Source of the DNA: a virus
DNA length: 64,000 nt
IMG/VR virus record: IMGVR_UViG_3300037504_001229
Span: 1 to 64,000 of that record
Reading direction: 5' to 3' (one strand)
Shown piece by piece: positions 10,129 through 20,101 of the stretch. Every line of letters starts with the position of its first letter. Positions within the stretch are counted from its first letter, which is position 1. Both the position numbers and the translations under genes were made by a program. The notes below the pieces were generated by a model. The model ran no database searches, had not been told where the DNA came from, and was given only the letters and a program-made list of their open reading frames with translations.

Positions 10129-12381
10129 TTATCCACATTTTCCCCACCCGCATGAAGGACAAACAATGCATCCCTCTTGAAATATTAACTCTCCTCCACA
10201 ATCTGCACATTTATCAGTAAGGACCCTTTCTCCTTCTTTAATATATTTTTTAAGAACTCGACCTACTGATTTTTCGAATCCTATAAAATTTTTATCTTTA
10301 TTCAACTGATCAACAATAAACTGAAGAGGTACTCCATGTCTAAGCCCCATAGAAATGAACCTCGATAAGGATGCGTATACTTGATTAAACTCATCTGCTA
10401 TATTTTCTATAACTGCTCGATCTTCTCCATTTTCAATAATAAGAGAATATTGACCTTTCTTTATTTTTTTAATGTACCCTTGTTTTTTTCCTATCCTATC
10501 TATTTCATTTTTGGGATCGTTAGTAACAAATATTTCATATAGAGTTCCCTGCATAAGACCTACAAGAACAATATGTCTTTCTTTATTTACACTTATCTCA
10601 TGTATATCACAAGGGAGAACTTCTGGTCTTTTAGGAGCATGAATTCTTTCTATAGCTTGAGGTCTTTCTTCTTTTTGACTTCCAATTGTTTCTAGTACTC
10701 CCTGCATAGAACCTAAGCGAAAGGATGTGAAACCTTTAAGTTCCTTTTCGTAAGCATACATAAAAAGATTTTCATAATCTTTTTTAGAATAAGACTCTGG
10801 TATATTTGCAGTTTTGGAAATACTATTATCAATATATTGTTGAGCTATAGCTTGAATATCTACTTGTTTATAGGGATCTATTTCAAGAGCAGTTTTAAAA
10901 TAATTTGGAAGTAATTCACCGCCCTTATCAAATTCTCTTTTATTTACATGTTCAACATATTTTAAATAAGCATAATCATAAACTCTTTCTTTACTTTTTT
11001 TGTTATCCTTACTTCTTATATTTCTATCATATTCTAAAGCAAATATAGGCTCAATACCACTACTACAATTTTCTCCTAAAGTGAAGGATGTCGTCCCCGT
11101 AGGTGCAATTGTATTCAAAGCTATATTTCTTAAGCCATAAGTTTCAATATTTTCCTTTATCTCAGAGGGTAACCTCTTTATGAAATTAGAATCTAATATT
11201 TTTTTATCAAACTTTGGGAATACTCCTTTTTCATCTGCAAGCATAGATGAGCTAGTATACGAAACATCCCTTAAATTTTTAAATATTTCTTTTGTAAACT
11301 TTTGACTATTTTCGTCTCCATATTCAAATTTCATCATAGCAAAAGTATCGCCTAATCCAGTAATACCTAAACCTATTCTTCTTTCATCTAGAGCTCTTTC
11401 TTTTATTTGTTCTAAAGGATATTGTGTAACATCTAATACGTTATCTAAAAACCTAACTCCTATCCGAATAGTTTCTTCGAAAGCATCCCAATCAAAACTA
11501 GGATAATCAGTAAAGGGATCCTTAACAAATTTTGTCAGATTAATAGCTCCTAAGCAACATACGCCATAAGAAGGAAGCGTAATTTCACCACATGGGTTCA
11601 CGGATTTAATATCATATAAATAATAAGAGTTTGCATTTTTATTAACAGTATCAAGGTTAAGAATCCCCGGTTCATTATACAAATAAGCATTCTTAACTAT
11701 CGAATCATAAAGCTTCTTAGCTTTAATAGTCTTATAAACTTTTCCTTCCCAACTAAGTTCCCAGTCTTTATCTTTCTTAACAGCTTTAATAAATTTATCT
11801 GTTATTCCTACGCTTATATTAAACTGAGTAAGTTTCTTATTTTTATCTCCTTGTTTAAATGTTATAAATTCTTCAATATCCGGGTGATCTATATCCAAAA
11901 TACAAATAGATGCTCCTCTTCTTTGTCCTCCTACTTCTATTGTTTGTGATGCTTGATCAAATATTTCTAAAAAAGATAAAGGACCACTACTTACTCCTCC
12001 TGTAGATAGAGGAGAATTCTTTGGACGAAGTTTTGAAATATTAAACCCTACTCCTCCGCCCTGTTTAAGAATAGTCATATAATTTTTAATAGATTCTGTT
12101 ATTGATTCCATTGAATCTTCTACATCGATAACAAAACAATTGTTATAGTTTTTAAGTTTAGAATAAGGACGAGCATTTGCAAGAATTCTTCCAGCTGGAA
12201 TAAACTTCCTGTTATACATAACCTGAAAAAGTTCTCCTTTGACTTTATCCTTCGTATTCTCTTTTTCTACACTACTAACTTCTTCTGCAATTTCTTTAAA
12301 TAGTTGCAACTCATCATTTTCTCCGTGAAGCATATATTTTTGTTTGAAAATTTCTTGGGAGATTTTTTGTTGCCACTCCAT
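10129..12381 (-). CDS. nrdJ: class II (adenosylcobalamin-dependent) ribonucleotide reductase
   Basis: PAGRILAN, NCFV, GGGVG, RRGA, NPCGE, IAPTGT, C-terminal CPSCGWGKC; no small-subunit gene nearby. Confidence 0.92.
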   Translation of the reverse strand: MEWQQKISQEIFKQKYMLHGENDELQLFKEIAEEVSSVEKENTKDKVKGELFQVMYNRKFIPAGRILANARPYSKLKNYNNCFVIDVEDSMESITESIKNYMTILKQGGGVGFNISKLRPKNSPLSTGGVSSGPLSFLEIFDQASQTIEVGGQRRGASICILDIDHPDIEEFITFKQGDKNKKLTQFNISVGITDKFIKAVKKDKDWELSWEGKVYKTIKAKKLYDSIVKNAYLYNEPGILNLDTVNKNANSYYLYDIKSVNPCGEITLPSYGVCCLGAINLTKFVKDPFTDYPSFDWDAFEETIRIGVRFLDNVLDVTQYPLEQIKERALDERRIGLGITGLGDTFAMMKFEYGDENSQKFTKEIFKNLRDVSYTSSSMLADEKGVFPKFDKKILDSNFIKRLPSEIKENIETYGLRNIALNTIAPTGTTSFTLGENCSSGIEPIFALEYDRNIRSKDNKKSKERVYDYAYLKYVEHVNKREFDKGGELLPNYFKTALEIDPYKQVDIQAIAQQYIDNSISKTANIPESYSKKDYENLFMYAYEKELKGFTSFRLGSMQGVLETIGSQKEERPQAIERIHAPKRPEVLPCDIHEISVNKERHIVLVGLMQGTLYEIFVTNDPKNEIDRIGKKQGYIKKIKKGQYSLIIENGEDRAVIENIADEFNQVYASLSRFISMGLRHGVPLQFIVDQLNKDKNFIGFEKSVGRVLKKYIKEGERVLTDKCADCGGELIFQEGCIVCPSCGWGKCG

Positions 12382-12396
12382 GATAAATAAGCCTTT

Positions 12397-12789
12397 TTAA
12401 AACTGATCCATATAATAACTAAAAGCCTCAGTGAATACTACATATACAGCTCTTTGAAATTCTTTTTCACTAGATGCATTATTATAATAATTATCAACTA
12501 AATAAATAATTTCAAAAACATCGTTCATTCTTAGATATGAAATTCCGTCTGCATCGTATCCTTGATAGTAAATATTCGCTAAACGAAAAGCTTGTAAAAA
12601 TCCTATAGCGAAAGATAGTTTTTCTCCATCAGTCCATTGTTCCCAAACTTCTCCAGTAATAAATTCATCCATTATTTTTACAAAACTAAGTGTAGATGGA
12701 TCGACTTCTTCCCCTTCTACTTCCTGAGAAAATAGCGAAGTGGAAAAACACATTATAAATAACAAAACTAATACAAATACTTTCTTCAA
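12397..12789 (-). CDS. hypothetical exported protein
   Basis: Signal-peptide-like start MKKVFVLVLLFIMCFSTSLFS. Confidence 0.55.
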   Translation of the reverse strand: MKKVFVLVLLFIMCFSTSLFSQEVEGEEVDPSTLSFVKIMDEFITGEVWEQWTDGEKLSFAIGFLQAFRLANIYYQGYDADGISYLRMNDVFEIIYLVDNYYNNASSEKEFQRAVYVVFTEAFSYYMDQF

Positions 12790-12794
12790 AACAA

Positions 12795-13025
12795 TTACCC
12801 CTTTTCTCTTATAATTTTTTCTTTCTTAAACTGTTTAAAATGTTTCATAAAAGGCTCTAATCTATCTTCATATTCTTCTTGTATTTCCAGAAGATTAATA
12901 TATTCTTCCTCTGTTAAATCATTTAAACTAATTCCCTTCAAATAATTAGAGTCCTCATTTAAAACAAGTAGACTATAATCTTTGTTATAATCTTTTTTCT
13001 CATAAGTAAATTCTTTAATTTTCAT
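12795..13025 (-). CDS. hypothetical protein
   Basis: 76 aa, abuts neighbours. Confidence 0.55.
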   Translation of the reverse strand: MKIKEFTYEKKDYNKDYSLLVLNEDSNYLKGISLNDLTEEEYINLLEIQEEYEDRLEPFMKHFKQFKKEKIIREKG

Positions 13026-13409
13026 TTAAGCCTCCTCGTATCTTTCATATCCATCTGGGTGGTTAGAAGTATCTTGGTTTTCAAGCCGTTCTGCTTCTCT
13101 ATCATAATAATCTTTTAGTTCTTTTCTTGATTCTTTTAAATATGCAATAATAGCATCTATTTTTTTAGGATCCTCTATTATAATATTATCAGTATAAGGA
13201 TGGCCGTATTTAAGCATATGAAAAAAAGTTCTTATCTTAAACCAGATAGAACATCCTGACCAATCATATCCTCTTGTCCAAAATGATATTTGAAGAGTAG
13301 GAGGAAAGTTTCCATCCTCTTCAGATATACTTAAAGCTAAGGCTTCTCCCTCACAATCACATGTAACAAATAATTTACTATCTCTTCTTTTTATTTTTAA
13401 AGACTTCAT
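13026..13409 (-). CDS. hypothetical protein
   Basis: 127 aa, AAGGA RBS. Confidence 0.55.
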   Translation of the reverse strand: MKSLKIKRRDSKLFVTCDCEGEALALSISEEDGNFPPTLQISFWTRGYDWSGCSIWFKIRTFFHMLKYGHPYTDNIIIEDPKKIDAIIAYLKESRKELKDYYDREAERLENQDTSNHPDGYERYEEA

Positions 13410-13417
13410 TTTAATCC

Positions 13418-13603
13418 TTAATACATAAATGTAGAATGTATAGTTTTACATCTTTTATTGTTATCTCTTTGTTTTTTTAAAAGTCTACAAACTTTTCTCC
13501 GAAGTTTAGCATTTTCCTCTTTAAGAGACTCTATTTTAAATTCATCATTTGTTAATCTTACTTCTAGCTCTTCAAGAGATTTTTGTAACTGGTTATTTGT
13601 CAT
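13418..13603 (-). CDS. hypothetical coiled-coil protein
   Basis: 61 aa, overlaps recA stop, AGGAG RBS. Confidence 0.5.
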   Translation of the reverse strand: MTNNQLQKSLEELEVRLTNDEFKIESLKEENAKLRRKVCRLLKKQRDNNKRCKTIHSTFMY

Positions 13604-14693
13604 CTTTTTTCTCCTTCTCGTTAGAGTTAAGTTCTACGGTGGGTTCTTCTTTTTTAGGCTTTGGGCCTCGCTTTTTAGGAACAGGCTTTTCGTCTTCTTT
13701 TTTAGGATAAAGATAGTTATTAACTTTATCTTTTATTTCATCAAAAAGTTTTTCGTTCTCAAGAAGTTCATTAACAACATTATCCTTTCCTTGTCCTAGC
13801 CGATCTCCGTTGTAACTATACCAAGAACCTGATTTTTCAATAATATTATATTGTACAGCAAAATCTACATATTCAGTAGTAGGATCTATCCCTTTCGAAA
13901 AATCGATAACAAACTCACCCTTTCTAAAAGGAGGAGCAGTTTTATTTTTCGAAGACTTGAGTCTTGACTTAATACCAGTTGGATCATCTTTACCTTTTGT
14001 AATATATTCTACTTTTCTAACTTCGAGTCTAATAGAAGTGAAAAACTTAAGAGCCTTTCCGCCAGGAGTTGTTTCGGGGTTACCATACATAACTCCTATT
14101 TTCATCCGGATTTGGTTTATAAACACTATAGTGCAGTCTTTTGTATTTAAAATATTTCTCATTTTTCTACAAGCTTTACTCATCAACCTTGCTTGTAACC
14201 CCATTTGTTGATCTCCCATCTCTGCTTCAAGTTCAGCTAAAGGAGTTAAAGCTGCTACTGAGTCAATAATAATATAGTCCACTTCTCCAGTAGCTGCCAG
14301 TGTTTCAGCTATTTCTAAAGCTTGTTCTCCTGAATCTGGTTGGGAAAATATGATATCATCTGTATTGAGTCCTACTACATTTCTTGCATATTCAAGATCG
14401 TAGGAATTCTCAGCATCTATGACTGCTACTCTTCCCCCTTGACCTTGAACCTGTTTCCCCAAATATGTAGCAAGAGTTGTTTTCCCACTTGATTCAGGAC
14501 CATACAATTCGATAATTCTTCCTTTAGGAATACCTCCCCCAAGAATATAGGAAATCAACGGGGAGTCTACTTTCCATCTTTGAATAGATCTAAACTTTTC
14601 TTCAGCGTTAGATCCAATAAATACAGATCCTTTGCCAAACTTTTTATCTAGTTCTTTAAGTGTTTTTTCTAAGTTATTCTGCTCTTCGCTCAT
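13593..14693 (-). CDS. recA: recombinase RecA (bacterial type)
   Basis: GPESSGKTT, IDAE, SQPDSGEQALEI, DSVAALTP, FINQIRMKIGVMYGNPETTPGGKALKF. Confidence 0.97.
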   Translation of the reverse strand: MSEEQNNLEKTLKELDKKFGKGSVFIGSNAEEKFRSIQRWKVDSPLISYILGGGIPKGRIIELYGPESSGKTTLATYLGKQVQGQGGRVAVIDAENSYDLEYARNVVGLNTDDIIFSQPDSGEQALEIAETLAATGEVDYIIIDSVAALTPLAELEAEMGDQQMGLQARLMSKACRKMRNILNTKDCTIVFINQIRMKIGVMYGNPETTPGGKALKFFTSIRLEVRKVEYITKGKDDPTGIKSRLKSSKNKTAPPFRKGEFVIDFSKGIDPTTEYVDFAVQYNIIEKSGSWYSYNGDRLGQGKDNVVNELLENEKLFDEIKDKVNNYLYPKKEDEKPVPKKRGPKPKKEEPTVELNSNEKEKKDDK

Positions 14694-15266
14694 TCATTTA
14701 TCTCCTTTATAAGCTTTTTCTTTAAGTTTAAAATATCTAACTTCTCCTACTATCTTAACCCACCATTCCTCTCTTTCCTCTTTAGTAATACTAGTGCCAT
14801 TTACAGGACTTCTATGTTGATCAATATTACTATGGCTATATCTATTCATAATAACAATATTATCTTCGTCATATTTTAAATGAGGAAAAGATCCTTTTCC
14901 GAAAATATGACAAGGATCTAACAACATTTGTAAATCACTTGGGGCTGATAGTTTAAAATCAGTTAGTTCTTTTATTGTTAAAATTTTTTGAAGCTGGCAT
15001 TTATAGCCATCTCTTTTAAAAACTTTTCTTTTTGTTTCTTCCCACTTTTCGTCTTTAAGGTCTTCCAGGTCAACTTCTTTATTTTTTTCCTCCTCCCACT
15101 TTTTCTTTATTTTTTCCTCTCGCTTTTTTATTTGTTTTAGATATTTTTTATATAACGACTTTACTTGTCTTTCATTTAAAGAATTTTTAGGAGCACTCAT
15201 TTGATTAGGAGTTTTACCATATTTTTGATAATGTTCCAGAAATTCTTCGTATGAATATACCCTCAT
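14694..15266 (-). CDS. HNH-like endonuclease
   Basis: VFKRDGYKCQL...DPCHI...N...H pattern. Confidence 0.55.
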   Translation of the reverse strand: MRVYSYEEFLEHYQKYGKTPNQMSAPKNSLNERQVKSLYKKYLKQIKKREEKIKKKWEEEKNKEVDLEDLKDEKWEETKRKVFKRDGYKCQLQKILTIKELTDFKLSAPSDLQMLLDPCHIFGKGSFPHLKYDEDNIVIMNRYSHSNIDQHRSPVNGTSITKEEREEWWVKIVGEVRYFKLKEKAYKGDK

Positions 15267-15272
15267 ATATTT

Positions 15273-15302
15273 ATTATATAATCAAAAGCAAAAAATATAA
15301 AG
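15273..15302 (-). promoter_or_regulatory. phage promoter CTTTAT-N15-TTATATAAT, probably giving a leaderless mRNA
   Basis: TATAAT ends 6 nt before ATG 15266; no SD in between. Confidence 0.55.
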
Positions 15303-15304
15303 AG

Positions 15305-15784
15305 TTAACTTTTATCAGACTTATCTTTTTCTAAAGATGCTGCATTTTTAACCATAGCAACTAACATATTTAATGCTTCTGAATCCTCAGGAGTAATTTC
15401 ACTTGGTACTTTATTAGCAATACCTCCTGAACTTACTTCACTAGCTAAAGGTGAAACTGCTCCTTCTTTAGTTGGTTTAAATACATCTAAAAGAGTACTT
15501 ATAGAGTTATTTTCCATATATGTAATATCTTTATAAAGTTGAATAAGTTGAGCAATAGTTATTTCATCATTCTCTATTTTTTCCTCTATTTTATTTTTAA
15601 CAATTTCTTTAACTGAAGTTTCTTTAGAAATAAGGTTTAACCTATCTTTAAAAAAACTATATATAGTATCTTTAAGAGAAAATAGAGGGTCTTCAGTATT
15701 TATTTCCTCTACTTTTCTTTGAACTTCTTTATCTTTCATAAGTTTAACAACTCCTTCAATATTTTCTTTAGTCTTTCTTTCCAT
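15305..15784 (-). CDS. hypothetical protein
   Basis: 159 aa in operon. Confidence 0.55.
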   Translation of the reverse strand: MERKTKENIEGVVKLMKDKEVQRKVEEINTEDPLFSLKDTIYSFFKDRLNLISKETSVKEIVKNKIEEKIENDEITIAQLIQLYKDITYMENNSISTLLDVFKPTKEGAVSPLASEVSSGGIANKVPSEITPEDSEALNMLVAMVKNAASLEKDKSDKS

Positions 15785-16199
15785 AATAGCCTTCTCTTCT
15801 AAGAAGTTCTTGTATTTTCTGAGACAACCAGTTATTCATATTTTTAATTCGAATTCCATACTTGATAGAACTTATTTTAAAATCAAATTCTGACTTTATT
15901 TCCTCCCAAGTTTTTCCATTAACTTCCTTTTCGTAATATAATATAGCAGTTATTAAAGCTTCCTCTATTTCTTTTTTTGTAGGAGAATCAAATTTTCTTC
16001 CGTCTAATAAAGAAATAAGTTTAACAAAATCAGTTTTATCCTCAAAAAGTTTATAAACTTTAACTAGGAGACCATCCTTATCATTTTGATATAAAATAAG
16101 ACTTACAATTTCCCATATTATATCTTCTTCAGTTGCTTTAAGTTTGTTATTAAAAGCCTCCTTAACTCTGTATTCCCAAACATCTCTATAATCTGACAA
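15768..16199 (-). CDS. hypothetical protein (possible C-terminal HTH)
   Basis: 143 aa in operon. Confidence 0.5.
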   Translation of the reverse strand: MSDYRDVWEYRVKEAFNNKLKATEEDIIWEIVSLILYQNDKDGLLVKVYKLFEDKTDFVKLISLLDGRKFDSPTKKEIEEALITAILYYEKEVNGKTWEEIKSEFDFKISSIKYGIRIKNMNNWLSQKIQELLRREGYYGKKD

Positions 16200-16200
16200 A

Positions 16201-17025
16201 CTAATATTCCTTCAAAAACTGATATATTAATACCATTGTTTTATCTACAAGAGGTTTTACTTTACTACCAAACGCTTCATAAAACTCTTCTATACGTCCA
16301 CTTTTTTTAATAAACCTACAAATACCTATCATTGATAAAATATAATAATAAACATCTTGATTATCTTTTATTCGATCAAAAATAGTACTTAGAAGTTTTG
16401 ATATCCCATCATATAAATCTTTTGTTTTTTGTTTTTCCTTAAAATATTCGTTATATTCTTTAAAAATAGGATCATATCCGAAGTAATCAGTCATATGAAT
16501 AACTTCGTGCTCTCCTTCACAAACATGAGCATAGATAGATGTATGACTTTGTTCATTCTTTTCCCTTTTGTTCCATAATACTTGAGGAACTTTACTATTT
16601 AAATAGGCTCCAAAAGACTTTATAATTTCAAAGTTAGGTTTATTTTTATATTGTTCAAACATTATAAGAGCAAGTTCGCTTGCTTTTTCTTCTACATCTT
16701 GATAATGATATGTAAAAGTTGAGGGTAGACTTTTCTTAATTAACGAAGCTGAGTACTCGCGGAATAGCACATACATACTCCAAAGAACTTCGTCTTCTCT
16801 GGTTTTTAAATATTTCTTTTGTAATAGAAAAAGCCTAGTTTCAGTTAAAGGCTTTATATAGTCCTCTTCTCCACAATAAGGACATATTGCAGGTTTATCT
16901 CCATGTTTGTATTCTATATGTTTCCCACAAGATCTACAAGTATTTTTATAGTATTGTCTCCCTTCTTTTCGATATTTTTTCTTTACAACATTCGTTTCAT
17001 GCGGTAATTTATTTGTTTCCATCAT
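16201..17025 (-). CDS. zinc-ribbon protein with sigma-like region (candidate late transcription factor)
   Basis: CRSCG..CPYCG; helical region LQKKYL..ASLIKK..DVEEKASE..SFGAYL loosely recalls sigma region 2/gp55. Confidence 0.4.
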   Translation of the reverse strand: MMETNKLPHETNVVKKKYRKEGRQYYKNTCRSCGKHIEYKHGDKPAICPYCGEEDYIKPLTETRLFLLQKKYLKTREDEVLWSMYVLFREYSASLIKKSLPSTFTYHYQDVEEKASELALIMFEQYKNKPNFEIIKSFGAYLNSKVPQVLWNKREKNEQSHTSIYAHVCEGEHEVIHMTDYFGYDPIFKEYNEYFKEKQKTKDLYDGISKLLSTIFDRIKDNQDVYYYILSMIGICRFIKKSGRIEEFYEAFGSKVKPLVDKTMVLIYQFLKEY

Positions 17026-17029
17026 AATA

Positions 17030-17557
17030 TTAGTATGGATAAATATCCGAAAAAATTTTTCTTAAATGATACTGCATAATAATCTTTTCTTGAATATTAC
17101 TACAATCAAAAGTATAATCTTTTAACTCCTTATCTTTATACATAGGAATATACATTTCTTTTTCCTTTAGAAGTAAAAGTTCTTTTTTTAGAAAAGACTT
17201 TTTATCAACAGACTTTGCAAGATTAATAGTATCAATATCAAAAAGAAAAAGATCAAAATATTTTCTAGGCTTATATACTCCTACAAGTATTAAACAATAC
17301 GCCATAATCTCACTATATATTTTCCATAGTGAATCAAACTGATGATCCTCTATTTTTCTAAAATTCAAAGCTTGATATTCTTTTATTAACTTTGACTCCC
17401 AATACCAAGGCATCTTTTTAAACACAGAAAATCCGTCGAAGGGGTTTTTGACACCCGACCCTCCTAACGGATCACTTATTTTATGAGAAAAACATTCCCT
17501 TAAAAATGTTTTATTTATGATTCTGTTTAAATCGCTTTCCTTCATTGCTTTTATCAA
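17030..17557 (-). CDS. RecU-like PD-(D/E)xK Holliday junction resolvase (start may be ATG 17545)
   Basis: KISD...NPFDG...ESK...HQ pattern. Confidence 0.6.
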   Translation of the reverse strand: MIKAMKESDLNRIINKTFLRECFSHKISDPLGGSGVKNPFDGFSVFKKMPWYWESKLIKEYQALNFRKIEDHQFDSLWKIYSEIMAYCLILVGVYKPRKYFDLFLFDIDTINLAKSVDKKSFLKKELLLLKEKEMYIPMYKDKELKDYTFDCSNIQEKIIMQYHLRKIFSDIYPY

Positions 17558-17597
17558 AAAAATAGGTAGAGCTAAAAAATATTTACTCTACCTATTT
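17556..17597 (-). terminator. rho-independent terminator-like hairpin after SSB-like gene
   Basis: AAATAGGTAGAG (17560-17571) / CTCTACCTATTT (17586-17597) followed by a U-run on the minus strand. Confidence 0.55.
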
Positions 17598-17636
17598 ACT
17601 TAAACTATTTTAGTAATATTTTTTTTTGAAATCTCT

Positions 17637-18980
17637 TTAAAAAGTTTCACCACACTTAGGACAAAGATGAAAACTTTCAGGAGTTACATTTGTACATTCT
17701 GGTTCATTAATACAAGCAAATAACTGTTCTGATGTACTATAAGTTAGCGTACCTTTCTCTTCATCGTATCCAGATATAACTGCTTTTTCTTCTTCTGTTA
17801 GTTTGTCAATGGCGGTAAATCCTTTTTCTGCAAGAGAAGATAAATCAAACCCAGTAGATCTTCTTCGTGGTTTAGGTTCCTCTTCACTAGTAGGAAGGTC
17901 AACTTCTTTCTCTTCAGGTTCCTCTTTCTTAGGTTCAACTTTTTCTACTGTTACTGAGGAAGAACTTTCTTCACTTTCCTTTTCTTCTTTGTATTTTTTC
18001 TTTTCCTCCTCAACTAACTCTTTAAGCTCCTCAGTAAGATCCATATTAAATGTTTTATCAAATAACTGAAAGAAACCTTTAAGTGAATTATAAATTTTTT
18101 GATATGAGGAAACTTTAAATAACTTTTCAATATCATATCGTTCCCAAGACATCTCTTCTTCTGTTAAAGGACGAGTATGTACAGATGGATCATAAAAAGG
18201 ATAGTCTTTCTTAAATTCTTCTTCACTACTATACTTATTTGCATACTTTTCAAATTCTTTAGCATGGTAAACTTTATACCAAGGTTGATCCGAAAGTTTC
18301 TTAACTACAATATCATAGTTAATAGGATATCCATAAGCTCCTGCAACATCATCATCCATCGTAGCTGTATACATTGCCATAGTAGTTCCAGGTTCATAAT
18401 AAACAATACTTTCATCATCTTTATTAGATGTTGCTTTTTTAGATACAAGTACTGAATGTTTATTCTCTTGATGCCACTTATACATTTCTCTATCAATAAC
18501 ATTCATAATAACATATTGAGAAGGCCTCCACCCTCTTTCATAGTTATTATCTCTATTATTCTTAAATACAGCTTCAAAGATCTTTTCCTTTGTATGGAAA
18601 TAACGCTTTGACTCTGTTTCTTTATCAAATTCACCTTCAAGAACTTTATCCATTAGTTTGTAAAGAATATAGTTATTATCTTCTTCTCGAGTAGGGAGAA
18701 TAAATCTTCTTAACCTTCCTCGATCATCCCTAATACGAGAGATCATTACTACTTTAGGTGAATACTTCGGATCTTCATGCCGAAGATGAATAGGCCATCC
18801 TAACATTCGATAAAACTTTAATCTCTTCTTTTTATCGAACTCTAAAGGAGAGTAAACAATTTCTTCATAATCAACATTAGGACCAAAATTATTTTGATCC
18901 TGCTGATCTTGATGATCTTTTGCCATCTCTTTTAACTTGTCCTTCTGCATTTGTTTTAGTTTAGCTAATGCTTCGTTCAT
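17637..18980 (-). CDS. single-stranded DNA-binding protein-like (gp32-like) with C-terminal Cys4 finger
   Basis: YVIMNVIDRE...YDIVVKK core, acidic low-complexity tail, recombination context. Confidence 0.5.
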   Translation of the reverse strand: MNEALAKLKQMQKDKLKEMAKDHQDQQDQNNFGPNVDYEEIVYSPLEFDKKKRLKFYRMLGWPIHLRHEDPKYSPKVVMISRIRDDRGRLRRFILPTREEDNNYILYKLMDKVLEGEFDKETESKRYFHTKEKIFEAVFKNNRDNNYERGWRPSQYVIMNVIDREMYKWHQENKHSVLVSKKATSNKDDESIVYYEPGTTMAMYTATMDDDVAGAYGYPINYDIVVKKLSDQPWYKVYHAKEFEKYANKYSSEEEFKKDYPFYDPSVHTRPLTEEEMSWERYDIEKLFKVSSYQKIYNSLKGFFQLFDKTFNMDLTEELKELVEEEKKKYKEEKESEESSSSVTVEKVEPKKEEPEEKEVDLPTSEEEPKPRRRSTGFDLSSLAEKGFTAIDKLTEEEKAVISGYDEEKGTLTYSTSEQLFACINEPECTNVTPESFHLCPKCGETF

Positions 18981-19037
18981 TTTAAAAACTCCTTTGAAAT
19001 TTCGTCTTTTAATCTAATATTTCTCATAATCAACTAT

Positions 19038-19067
19038 ATTATATACTACTTCCTAAATTTTATAAAG
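19038..19067 (-). promoter_or_regulatory. phage promoter CTTTAT-N15-GTATATAAT
   Basis: Repeated motif upstream of SSB-like gene. Confidence 0.65.
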
Positions 19068-19225
19068 AGCCGCGCCGCCGCGGATATTTTTTTATTTTTC
19101 TTTCCTATATATCCAGGAAAAAATAGAGTTTTTTAAAAAGTCTTATTTTAAACTCTATATTAATCTCTTTTATATTAATACAATATGTAATATATATATT
19201 AATATAAAGTTATATAATAGATAAT

Positions 19226-20101
19226 TTAAATATCCCTAGTTTTATAACATTTTAAAGGTTTAGTTTTTCCTTTTTCTAGGAATTCTTCTATTAACTCTTC
19301 CTGTACTAACTTTTTAGTACTATTATAGACTGTTAAATAACATAAAGATAAATCCTTTTCTATTTCTTTTAAGGTCTTTTTTTCTGGACTAACTTCATTT
19401 AGATAGTCATATATTAACTTACAGCTTTTAGATAGTTTCCTATCTATTGTTTCTTTAGATGTCTTGTTATTTATTTTCGAAGAATGGTTAGGTAAGTTTC
19501 CTTGGGATTCGTTATAAATGATATTATCAAATATTTTTTTTCCATGTATTGTATAAATACTACATCTTACTTTAGGTATCCACTTTTTTACTAAAGTTAT
19601 AAACCCTTCTTCTCTTAGTTTTTTCATGTGACTTACAATAGTCATACAACTTTGATTAGTTGCTTCGGATAAAAACTTATTAGATATATAGTTTTTATCG
19701 AATTTACCTGCCCTTTTACAAATACGTATTATTTCTTCGAATGTTGTTCTTGCCCCTGGGCTAAGTTTAAGATATTTACATTTTTCTAAAAGTTTGTCAG
19801 AAACATAGTCAAAGTCAAACCCTCTATTTAACTCATAATATTTAAGAGCATTGTCATAAGCATTCGAGAACCATTTAGGACTTTTTCTATAATACGATCC
19901 GTTATAACTTTTTTCAAATATTTTTTTTACTTCTTCTTTACAAAATCCATTACTTACAAGTTGATAAATAATGACATATTCTACTCTACGTTTACTTACT
20001 TTATCATTAAAAGTATACTTATCTGAGTTCCACTCTCCTGTTTGTAAGTATTGGTAGTAATCCTTCGGTAATACTTGTTCGATTTTATTATTTTCACTCA
20101 T
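19226..20101 (-). CDS. DNA-binding protein with two winged HTH domains (replication initiator-like)
   Basis: ISNKFLSEATNQSCMTIVSHMKKLREEGFI and TLKEIEKDLSLCYLTVYNSTKKLVQEELI; N-terminal helical domain. Confidence 0.55.
   Translation of the reverse strand: MSENNKIEQVLPKDYYQYLQTGEWNSDKYTFNDKVSKRRVEYVIIYQLVSNGFCKEEVKKIFEKSYNGSYYRKSPKWFSNAYDNALKYYELNRGFDFDYVSDKLLEKCKYLKLSPGARTTFEEIIRICKRAGKFDKNYISNKFLSEATNQSCMTIVSHMKKLREEGFITLVKKWIPKVRCSIYTIHGKKIFDNIIYNESQGNLPNHSSKINNKTSKETIDRKLSKSCKLIYDYLNEVSPEKKTLKEIEKDLSLCYLTVYNSTKKLVQEELIEEFLEKGKTKPLKCYKTRDI

Noticed and set aside
4706-18455. Plus-strand ORFs in the left arm (4706, 6408, 6671, 8474, 8649, 9421, 13458, 13957, 17803, 18177) and minus-strand 18305
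   Set aside because: They lie antisense to or inside well-supported genes and most have the F/S/L/I-rich composition of shadow frames.
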